Assembly: GCA_903813345.2 (NCBI GenBank)
Contig: CAIIXF020000001.1
Location: 42,780,001 to 42,844,000 of the forward strand
DNA length: 64,000 nucleotides
From: Owenia fusiformis
Taxonomy: Eukaryota
Direction: 5' to 3'
Shown here: one piece after another, positions 1-10,567 of the stretch
Layout of the letters: each line of letters starts with the position of its first letter
How positions within the stretch are numbered: position 1 is the stretch's first letter
Notes under the pieces: model-generated
Databases searched by the model: none
The model's input: the letters and a program-made list of their open reading frames with translations, nothing else
What the model was told of the DNA's origin: nothing
Position numbers and translations under genes: made by a program

Positions 1-690
1 GGGACAAAAAGGGACAACGTTGGACAATGTCCCCTGATGTCCCAAGGATTGTGATATTGGTTCTCGATTGGAGGGGGAAGGGGGCTGTTAGCCTGTTACA
101 CATAATTCCTTTTTACGTTAGATCATGGTTTTGGGATATAGGGTTACCTTTTACATGGGCTGAAAGCCCATGCTTTTTCTTATGACAGATTCACACTTCG
201 AGTTTTCTTGCTAGGTTTCTTTACAGTTTTTGGTCCTTTCCCTTTGGCATTTACGCTTATATTTATTGTATAGGGCTTTAGACAAGTGTAATAGTGCAAT
301 GTGCTTGGTATTGGATCATGGTCATGGTCTATTTTGGGCTATTTGTGGGGTTGCCTTTTTCTTATTTTTGACATTTAGTGATAGCAACAAAGTCAAAAAT
401 TAAAAATGAGCAAACCGAATCCACATTTATGGGGGTAATTTTGCCTAGGAGCTTTATTACATTTTCCAGAGCTTCCAAAGTCACAACCTTGAGGCTTCTT
501 TTCAAGCTTGTATGAATATTATTCATTTACAGTTGATTACTTGTATATGTTGTTACTACCTAATCAAATATACACATGTAATATGTGTACTTTTATATAC
601 TTTATTACCACAATAGCAAGAATTGAAATTGATATAACTATTGTCAGGGCAGAATATTAGCCTACATTTAATCTCTTCATCTATTTTCAG

Positions 691-3600
691 TCTAAAAAGC
701 AAAGAATCATAGGCTTTGTAATTTGTGTTCTAATGGGAACCTTCTGTTTTTCTCTGGTAAGTACAGTTTGATGCTAATTTACATCTCGTGATTGCAAATA
801 TAAATGTGAACTCTTTAAAATGAACAACTCTATAGACTGTAATAATAACAATTCTCTAAAGCTTTTATTTTATTCATATTTTTTATTCAATTGTTTAAAA
901 TAATGTTCATCCACCATAACTGCACATTGGATTTGCTCAATCTGCTGCTTCCGCCTTTTTTAATTTCTCTTGCATATCCAATATAATAAGGTTGCAAATT
1001 GACATTGGTATCTCAGACATAAGTAATATTCCTTAATATTTAATTGGCGTACAGTAGAACCTGTATATCTGAACACCTGGCTAATCCGAACACCTTCCAA
1101 TTTGAACACTTTTTTTCGGTCCCATTTTTTCCTCCCATTGACTCCCATGTTAAATAAACCTTGAAATCTGAACACCTCCTAATCTGAACAGTGAACAACC
1201 AGATATGAAAAAGTGACCTGTCTAATCTGAACATTTTTATCAGAAATCAAATGTCTGGACATTTCAATAATAGCCACATATTGAGTCAATGTTATAGTTG
1301 TTATTTATCTTTACATACACATTGTAATCAAAGAACCAATACTGTCCTAATTAATTTATTTAGTCTCAGTGACATCCCTTATTTGTAGAAAACAACAGGA
1401 TGATTTAAAAAGGTTTTACTGTAGTTCTAAACTGTTTTTTTTCATTGGCTGCGGAGAGCTCAAAGTTTATGACTCTATTGAAATAGATTATTATACGGGT
1501 CAATGTAAACGGCAAACAGACTCTTGTTGTTGCTTGCAATTGGAATCTCAAATACCAGGATGCACAATGTACAAATTGTTCGCAAGCATGGATCTTTGTT
1601 CGCAAGTGGAGAAATATGTTCGGGAGCGTGGAAATGGTGGTGCGTGACATAAGATTTAACGTTTGTGTTGTGAGAATTGTGGTTCGAGCGCAAGGAAGTA
1701 GTTTCTGATGTCAGAACTGATGTTTGCGTTCTTGGAAGTCTAGGAGGCCTGAAATTGCTGCATTATAAGAATACACAAAAGAGAACACAAAATTCAGTTG
1801 AATATACTCTTACATAACTCATGTTTATAAAACATATATGTTTTTTTCAGTCCATGCTGTATATACCATTCCTAATTCTAAAGGCTCGAAAGTTTGCACT
1901 ACTATACTCTTTAGGCAGCTTATTTATAATTGCAAGGTGAGACCTAAATAGTTTGTCATTTTCAACATTGTTCTATTCTCATAGGGAATCATATCAGTCC
2001 ATACTTTCTTCATTCAAAGGTCTGTGTTTCCACGCAGGAAGCTTTCAGGTTTTGACAAAATTATAAATTAAAATTTGACTGTCAGTTTCCTCACTAAGGG
2101 AGCAATAATAGCTTGTCAAATGTCTACTGGAGTTTCTCATAAATAGGCCCGTTGGCATTTATTTTGACAGGGCATTTATTTGAAAGAATTTTTAATAAAC
2201 TCTCATGGGCCTTCATTAAGAGGGGGAAACATTTGTCCAATGTGGGTTTGCATTTATTAGAGGGAAAATAGCTTTCCCAAGCCAGTGGGCGTTTATTTCG
2301 AGGGATATAATAGATCGCAAAGTTAATACATGGCCTTCATACTCACACAATAATACCATTAATGCAGGCAAGAACGTTGACCAATATTTGACCTTTTGTC
2401 ATATTGTGCTACAATGCTTTTTTGTTTTCCAGTTTTTCATTACTCTGGGGACCTTGGAACCATGTTAAACATTTATTCTCAGGCCCGAGGCTTCCATTCA
2501 CCACAGCATACTTTGGCACACTGTTCGCAACTTTATATTTTGCAATGGTGGTAAGTAATTTCTACAAGCTCACTAGAGTCAATTGCAATATAAAAACTTT
2601 ATAACAGGTTGATAGGCAATTTAGACCTCATGTAACAATCATATGGTAATCATCATGTATCTTACAAAAATGGCATAAAGCAAAAAGACATAATAATCAC
2701 TATGTAGAACAAAACATATATGCCTGACCTACATACCCAATAATATTTTGAACCCCATATTCCTGTATGCATTCAATTAAATATTAAGAAAAATGATGTT
2801 AATCTTACAGTAAGCAAGCATGTGCTATTTGAAAATGTACACAGACTGAATTTGAATTTTGAAAATGTACACAGACTGAATTTGAATTTTGAAAATGTAC
2901 ACAGACTGAAATTGAATTTTGAAAATGTACACAGACTGAATTTGAATTTTGAAAATGTACACAGACTGAAATTGAATTTTGAAAATGTACACAGACTGAA
3001 TTTGAATTTTGAAAATGTACACAGACTGAATTTGAATTTTGAAAATGTACACAGACTGAATTTGAATTTTGAAAATGTACACAGACTGAATTTGAATTTT
3101 GAAAATGTAAACAGACTGAATTTGAATTTTGAAAATGTACACAGACTGAATTTGAATTTTGAAAATGTAAACAGACTGAAATTGAATTTTGAAAATGTAC
3201 ACAGACTGAATTTGAATTTTGAAAATGTACACAGACTGAATTTGAATTTTGAAAATGTACACAGACTGAATTTGAATTTTGAAAATGTATATTATTAAAT
3301 GTATGATATTTCTATCTACTGTAGTATTTGATGCTCATTCAAACAATTAAGTCCATTCATTAGTCACTCAGAACCAGTATGTGATAAAAGCACCAACCCA
3401 TAGATTGAAAATCTTTCATTCGTGTATAGACCATGAATATTGGTCCATGATTTTATCCATGCCAGTTGGACTTCTCAGGATGTATACAAAACTAACATGA
3501 AAACTGGTCAGTAATTTGATCCCAGGTGGTCTTCAGCATGTCTAAGAAAATAACCCGAAAACTGGTTCACAATTTTATCCAGGCCACTAATGATCCTACA

Positions 3601-4285
3601 TACATAGAAAAAGAACATGAAGCTAGTCCATAATTTTATCCAGGCCAACTGGTCTATTCATCATATATAGGAAAATAACATGAAAACTGGCCCATAATTT
3701 CATCCAAGCAAGATGGTCAGGTCTTTTCAGCATGTAGAGGAAATAACATGAAAAGTAAAATCAGACATCTAAGCATTTACTTATGGTGACTTTGTTTTTG
3801 CTTCCAGGCTAAGAGTACTATATTCACAGTGATATGTGCAATCATTCAAATATTAGCTTTAGTATGGTAAGTACAGATTTTTGCTATTCACTACTATTTT
3901 AAAAAATATTTTCACTAACTTTGTATTGATCAGAATTGTTATATTGAGAATTTCAACCCACCTGTGGCTCATATGAATATTTATTCTCGTACAGTAAAGT
4001 AAATCATTACTGAAGTGTTAGCAACTCCAATGATGTTTCCTCAGACCACAGCTCAAATATTGAAATGAATGTATAGAAAAAAGTGTGTCATCAATTATTC
4101 TAGATTCACTCTTCTCGGTACTCCATAGAAAAGTAGTTACATAATAAAATGTTTTATTTATTTATATTATGTGTTTCAGGTATATCGTCAGCTACATTCC
4201 GGGAGGACAAACTGGGCTCAACTTTTTCACAAAAATATTTTATGCCGCAGCATCAAAAACTGTAAAAACAACTCTGCCAATATGA
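691..4285 (+). CDS. SFT2D3: Vesicle transport protein SFT2C (Got1/Sft2 family), 5'-partial; coding exons 691-756, 1851-1936, 2433-2550, 3808-3866, 4180-4285
   Basis: GT-AG spliced exons stay in frame: SKKQRIIGFVICVLMGTFCFSL-SMLYIPFLILKARKFALLYSLGSLFIIAS-FSLLWGPWNHVKHLFSGPRLPFTTAYFGTLFATLYFAMV-AKSTIFTVICAIIQILALVW-YIVSYIPGGQTGLNFFTKIFYAAASKTVKTTLPI*. Four hydrophobic segments and the ARKFALL.SLGS and WY..SYIPGG motifs fit the SFT2 family; ARKFALL points to the SFT2C subfamily. The N-terminus lies upstream of the window. AATAAA near 4573. Confidence 0.88.
2828..3289. repeat. 30-bp minisatellite (TTTGAAAATGTACACAGACTGAATTTGAAT), ~15 copies, in an SFT2D3 intron
   Basis: Directly visible, near-perfect tandem array with a few single-base variants. 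Confidence 0.97.
3430..3755. repeat. Degenerate ~60-bp tandem repeat, ~5 copies
   Basis: Recurring AACATGAAAACTGG...AATTTTATCCAGGC motifs. Confidence 0.6.
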
Positions 4286-5541
4286 CATGGCTCAACATAG
4301 CAGTGTTTATGGGATCTTGTCAAAATATCAATGTTTTTAAGGAAAAGAAAGACCATCTTTGTCAGGGTAGTCAAACATTGAATTTCTTAATGAAAAGGGG
4401 AGGAGTCTTATTTTTTCACAGAAAATACATTGCTATTTTGACTCATAATGGTGTGTTGAATGTAGATAACATGAGGGTATTAATTTTATTTATTTTAGAA
4501 AGGACATTAAATATTGTAAATAGTGAAATAATATACTCAGATATACACTGTAAACTGATTGTACAAAGTTGAAATAAAAGGACCCTGTAAAAATATCATC
4601 TTGAAAACTAGATTCTTGCGTTTATTCTTATTTTTCATTGAAAGTTAAGTGTTTCAGCCACCTCTAAATACCTAACATCGTATCAGTCTGTAACTTACAC
4701 CACAGCAAGTTGTATCAAGTCCTTAGGAGTATCTATACAGAGAGTGAGGACACCAAAAAAACTGTAAAGGACCAAAAAAGGACCTGATACAACTTCCTGT
4801 GACTTACACTTGCCATAGGTAATAGTCCAGTTCTTAACCTGAAGAACTTGTTTTCCTTGTAATTTTTTTTTTGTAAGCAACATGGGGATTTTTTCTAATG
4901 TTACTTTATTTATCAGGAGCAATTATCAGCCTTTGATATTTACAGAAAAGAATGTTTTTGTCAGACTATTTATTTTACAAGTTACAATTCATTGGGAATT
5001 TCAGGATCAGGGTTAAAGAGACTATACAATCGGATAGCACAATCAAGACCCCTCTGAACCTTTTTGCATATTGAGTTTCACCACATATTCATCTTTCTAC
5101 TTATCAATGAAGAAGTCCCAAATCCCCCGCTTTCAGCGTTAATTTTTGCGATTGTACTGACCAATCTAATTATTTTCACAGAAAATAATTCAATATGAAG
5201 TTTGAATATACCAGGAAAAACCCCTGTTGTCTGCTTGGTTGTTGAATTAAAATTTGTTTATCTTGAACCTGATTGACTGCCTGGTTCAAGGCACACGTGG
5301 GCGCTTGTGTGACTCAACAGGGATTCCCATCACTTGAGCCAAGGAATCGATTGTGTTCTGTTGATTATTTCAATATTTCAGCAAAAATATACTCGTAAGT
5401 TATTCTCAAGATATATCTATGGTAAGTTAGGTATTATTTGATGGTCCATCATTGATTGTCTGGGTGAGAAACCTATTGTAAACTGCATCTTTAATGGCTA
5501 AGACACTTTTAGTAATCATTTTAAAACTAGATCTCCTTATA

Positions 5542-6173
5542 CAGGGTGTCAAATAAGTCTGTTCTCCCCCCTTAACTTTTTTATCTTTAAATTTATCATA
5601 CTTTCCCAAATATCATTTTGAAGCTCATGGAAAATGCTGATCACCCTAAAAAATCAATAATGAAATATTCTTAATAAAATTCCTACAATGTTTCTTGTAA
5701 GGTTGTAGTTGACCTTTGATTACGTCAAAAAAAGTTAAATTATCAGGTATAGTGAATGAAAAGTGAAAAGTTGTTACTGCAGTGACAATGCCAACATTGG
5801 GTGATTTTGATGTTTCTCAATATCATAACAGAGTAAAATGTGTTACATTCAGGGGAGCTTTTGAAGCAGGGGCATCTTTCATCACAAAATAGTTGATAAC
5901 ACCTAAAATTAAACGTTCTGAATGATTTATACAGGATCATATCCTCGTAGAATTGAGGCCATACGGGCTGCTGGGGGAGACATACAGACTATTAAAAAAG
6001 TGAAATATGCACATCACTAAAAATACTCTAAAAAATTTGGAATTTAACCAATCACTCTGAAATTTGGTGTGTGATCAGCAAATTAAATTCCCTTTAAGAT
6101 GATATATACCAACGCTATGTACTCTCTGAATTAAAAAAGTTAAGGGGGGAGAACAGACTTATTTGACGCCCTG
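5542..6173. mobile_element. Tc1/mariner-like MITE (632 bp), TA target
   Basis: TA|CAGGGTGTCAAATAAGTCTGTTCTCCCCCCTTAACTTTTT ... AAAAAGTTAAGGGGGGAGAACAGACTTATTTGACGCCCTG|TA; ~40-bp TIR with one mismatch. Confidence 0.88.
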
Positions 6174-6498
6174 TATATGCTCCATTTCACCACTTGTGAA
6201 ATATTAACTAGATAACCAAGATTAGGAATACTCATTAAATATCTAATTGACAGGTTTTTATTGCGATATAGCAAAATTGTTAGTCATTCTATCCATTTAT
6301 GCCTGGAATGGACCAATTTTGTTCACATTTTGTCAGAAGTGACTTGTACTTCAGAAATGGTAGATGACTAATTTTTTAAATTGTTCTTATCACAAATCAA
6401 ACTAAAGATCATTTAAAAAATCCATGTGCATGTATAAACATACACGTCTGTGAATAAAATCTATCAAAACATTTTTTATAAATAAGTTAAAATGGTAT

Positions 6499-8918
6499 TT
6501 ATTGCACATTATCTAGTATACAGCTCATTATCCAATTGCCAATTTCCATATCAGCATCATACATGTGACTCGTATTTAACAATTCGTTAAGTTTGTATTC
6601 CAATGTGTGCTTTCTAAACTGCAAACCAATACACTCTTGGTGTAAAACTCTGATGAATTCTTCAATATTCTTTGAGTCAAATCCTTTCATGTTGATTTGA
6701 ATTTTCTCCACAAGTCCACAGACAATCTCTGCTTTGATGTCCAGATGTATCTGAACATGACTTGAGTAGCCTTTAAAGTCCTTCCTAAATTGTCTATGAA
6801 TATGAAAAGGTGGCGTTTTTCCAAATACCCATTCCCATTTTTGTAAGTCCTCTTGTATTTTGTTGATATCTTTGCAACCCTCTATACTTCCAGGATCAAC
6901 CCACTCAGCAGAATAAACCTACAAAATATCCCAATTTTCAAAACAATTTATTACATACGCTTAATTCTCAAAGGTGAGCAACACCACCCTCTGACTATCC
7001 TAGGTGACTTTACAGATTTATTGCTCATAAGTTCTGAACAATCTTAATATGGCTGAATTATAGGAAGAAATCTCATGAAGAAAATCATGATTTTCTGACC
7101 TCACTTTTGACTGGATTTTGTTAGATAAAAGAGTGCAGTAAAAATAATAATAATTATAATAATAATATAGTATTTTCTATAATGTACCTGATTTTCTCTA
7201 TTTTGAGCAAGGAATTGTTCAGCAACTGAAGCTATGAGGGCTTCATATGTAATGGTGTTGTCAGCATCTGCTAAGTTGGCAATTCTGGCAGGAAAACTCG
7301 CAGTTGCCTTACTCTTGCAGCCAATCTGTAATATAACTCTTTTGTATAGAAAAAGGGCATCACAATCATAGCTGTAAATGACAAACTGGTAACACCCCTT
7401 TGAGGATTAGAAAATTCTCCAGTTTAAATACATTTGATGACACATATGAACTGTCTAATTGTTAATTTTATTAATTTAATGACAAGAGTTTTAATGACAA
7501 GATTTTTTTTCTTCACTAGATATTTATCTCGGATCCAAAAAAAACATACTTGTTAACAAATCCATTTTCAGGATTCTCCCTGCTCATCATTATATTAAGT
7601 ACTTACATGTGTAGCACTAAGTGCCTCTTGAAGGGTATCTGCCTGAACATTGAATAGCAGGGTACAATGGTGGTAGCCCTTAGTCTTGTCTAGCTTAGCT
7701 GCTGTACCTGAGATCTCAAACATATCAAGGATTACAACCAAACTATGACATGAAGCCAGTGAGTTGTAGTCAAACCTTTTTTCTATACAATATCAAAAGC
7801 TTTGGAAAAACCTTTATCTTGGTTACAAGGAATGTTAAGCTCACATACAGATTTTTTATAAATTTCTAAACGAAGTAAACTCTTAAAATATGCATTTAGA
7901 ATTTCTCTTAATAAGGACTTGCTCATTTTAATTATAACTTGTCTTTAGTACTTCCAATTTAAATATAATAAATATAACATATTCCTACATCAAGATATGC
8001 AATTAATGATATAAAATCACATTTCAATTGTATCAATATCATGTGGTGGATTTTATGAAAAATTAATCCCTGGTGACAACAAAAAGCTAAAGGAAACTAT
8101 ATAATTTTGATCTATATGTAGCAAGAAAAATTACTACGAGCCTGGAAGGGTGCCGGCCCATCAAATAACTATGAGCAAGTCCTTCTTTAGAAAATAAACC
8201 CTTATTCAGTTAATGAGTTATTCAAAATGTTTTACTCCTTCTAAAAATCCATTAAAAAATATGGGAGCTTCTGTCTGAACACTCCAAGGCGTCATATGTG
8301 CAGTTTGATCTAAATTAATTGTCCATTCCACCAATGTTAAATATTTTGGTACTCTGATTCTATAATAGATAAAAATGATTTTGCATGTTATGTTTTTCAT
8401 AAGGATACTTTATATAAGCCATCAAGAATGATATCATCCCTCTCGTTTACTGTTAAATCAATGTCCCATGACTTTGTTATAGCCTCCACAAGAAGATTCA
8501 AATTTCTCTTGCGATTATATCCATTACGTGCTGTGAAAAATGTACAATTGAGATTCCCATTATCATGGTACACTGTGCCCCCGCCACTATGACGCCTGGC
8601 CAGAGCTATATTGTGCTCCTGGAGAAAACCAATGTTACATTCGACCCAGGGATTCTGATGACGTCCAATCACAACACACGGGTCATTCCTCCACAGAAAC
8701 AACAGGTTAGTATGATGAAAGTCAATGGTTGAGTATAAATATTGCTCAAATGCGAGATTCTTATGTATATTTGTTGATTTTGATACTAGAGCCTTGTAAG
8801 TAGTTGAGTGTGTTGCTAAAGTCCTCGTCACATTTCTGACATAATGTTGGGGAATATCCCTGAAACACTTGGAGTATTTTTGGAGAAGTCTAGCTTGGGT
8901 CATCAAAGATGTCATCAT
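6499..8918 (-). CDS. LIPT1: Lipoyltransferase 1, mitochondrial (~391 aa); coding exons 8918-8409, 7714-7607, 7325-7188, 6918-6499
   Basis: Lipoate-ligase family motifs NLAFEQYLY, LFLWRNDPCVVIGRHQNPWVECN, ARRHSGGGTVYHDNGNLNCTFF, K|ISGTAAKL, YHHCTLL, SKATAS and WEWVFGKTP join in frame across three phase-0 introns. The basic N-terminus resembles a mitochondrial presequence. The acceptor at 8950/8949 implies an upstream non-coding exon. Confidence 0.93.
7715..8408 (-). other. U12-type (minor spliceosome) GT-AG intron of LIPT1
   Basis: 5' splice site GTATCCTT (8408-8401). Branch-site-like TCCTTGAT (7731-7724) puts the A 11 nt from the AG. No polypyrimidine tract. Confidence 0.85.
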
Positions 8919-9694
8919 GTCAATCACATTTATGTTTCAATAGTTACACCTGGAAATAAATTATATTGTTGATAACATAATGAATGCATTATCACAGTAA
9001 GAACACACAATTGGACATGGTAGATCTACATCAATACATATCAGGGGATGGCCTGAAATCTAGAAGTCCAAGGAGGATTGGCTCTCATGACACAATCTTG
9101 ATATCTTCCAATAATGAATCTGATCTTTGATGATGTTGAAGAAAAAATGTATATTTGCGTGACAGAAAAGACGGGGGTGACTTCAATTTCTTCAGCAAAT
9201 ATGTGACAAATACGTAAACTGAGGGACAGTTGGATGACCTGCCGATATGAATAGCAACAGGCATAAATAGCCTTCGCCTAAATAAGTCATAAAGGGAGCC
9301 TGCAGTGATCTCCCCATGTCACTTTTACCAGGGGCTCCCCCTACTTGAAACCAAAGGCCCCCCAGTTGGCACCCAGTTGGAATCTGCACTTCAACTTCTG
9401 ATTTGAAAAATGAGTGAAGTAAGCACCTACACTGAGATATTGTGAGCGTAGTGAGTGCTGATTTTTTCAGACTTGAAATCTTGCACCCAGTTGAAAATTT
9501 TTTTGGGGGCCTGTCATTGAGAAGAAGTCTGATGGGGTAGAATTAAGAATTATGCGAGCCTCAAATACAAACAAATATTAGCACATAACGTTGTACTGGT
9601 ATATATGTTAGCCACGATGACCATGACCAAAGAGCATTTTGTACCCTGCTGATTGAATTTTCTTTTTTGCCTCTTTCAGGAATCAGGATATATA

Positions 9695-10268
9695 CAGTGG
9701 GGGATAAAAATAAAACTCAACGTTCACAAGCTGTCACAATGAGCTTATTTCCAAGTTTCGTGTCTCAAACTCTCCCAAGCGGTAGAAAAATAATTCCCGT
9801 TCACTAAAGTAGCACAATAAATGAATCCAAAGCTTCATACCTGCAAATAATGGATAAATCCCTACCAAATCGAATGAATGTTTTCATGAATCGCCATGTT
9901 TGTTATCCAAGGACGGTTGACTCCCAGAATGCAACATCAGTTAACCGTATTTACTCATGACAGGTTTCAAAATGGCGGAACAGCATTTTGAAAGCTGGCA
10001 CGTGTCATGTTGCATTCTGGGAGCCAATCCTCCGTTCCGGCGCAATCGGGCGACAAAATCACCTCAACATTTGAAGAGTCGACATAACATGTGAATATCC
10101 AATTCAACTTTTGAAGTTCTTATTTGTCATTAGGGACACATATTCCACTATATTTGGACTTACTAAGACGGTTAAAATAGAGCACTGAATACACTGAGGT
10201 AAGAATTTATTACATGTGCAACGGCATGTAATTTTCATAGCTTTTGCAATTCTTTATGATCCCCACTG
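9695..10268 (+). mobile_element. Tc1/mariner-like MITE copy A (574 bp), probably in LIPT1 intron 1
   Basis: TA|CAGTGGGG...CCCCACTG|TA; near-identical inverted copy at 10866-11439. Confidence 0.88.
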
Positions 10269-10567
10269 TAGATCTAATCTTAGTCTATCCCTGATTCACA
10301 AAACGTATCTCTGTATCAACAACTTCTTGAAATTGAGAATGTACAACTTACTTCTACCAAAGCTATTGCTTTAGACAATTATGTGGAAGAAAAAATCTAA
10401 AATATTTTTAAAACTTCACATTTTCATGGGCGCTGACATCTTGAAAATATTGCATTGTGGGATATGTTGAGCATGCGCAAACCTCAAAACAGCTATATCC
10501 GGTCAGAACTGTTTTGAAAAACTTTCCTATTATTTATGCGTTTACGACTTCATATAGTAATACGATC
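10269..10567. promoter_or_regulatory. Bidirectional promoter region of LIPT1/SNRNP40, with probable LIPT1 non-coding exon 1 (minus-strand donor GTAAGT at 10351-10346)
   Basis: Genes are head-to-head. ZNF143/Staf-like TCCCACAATGCA on the minus strand at 10451-10462 and NRF1-like GCATGCGCA at 10471-10479. Confidence 0.6.

Noticed and set aside
2822..3298. 158-aa and 145-aa repetitive ORFs on both strands; superficially CRISPR-like 30-bp repeats
   Set aside because: They are by-products of a stop-free 30-bp intronic minisatellite. There are no unique spacers or cas genes, and the context is eukaryotic.
4171..4572. 133-aa ORF
   Set aside because: It overlaps the last SFT2D3 exon in a different frame and runs into the 3' UTR; no recognisable domain.
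8397..8927. 176-aa ORF as a complete or truncated LIPT1
   Set aside because: It is one exon. The VSL* end is read-through into the U12 intron, and the GTG start is upstream of the ATG at 8918.
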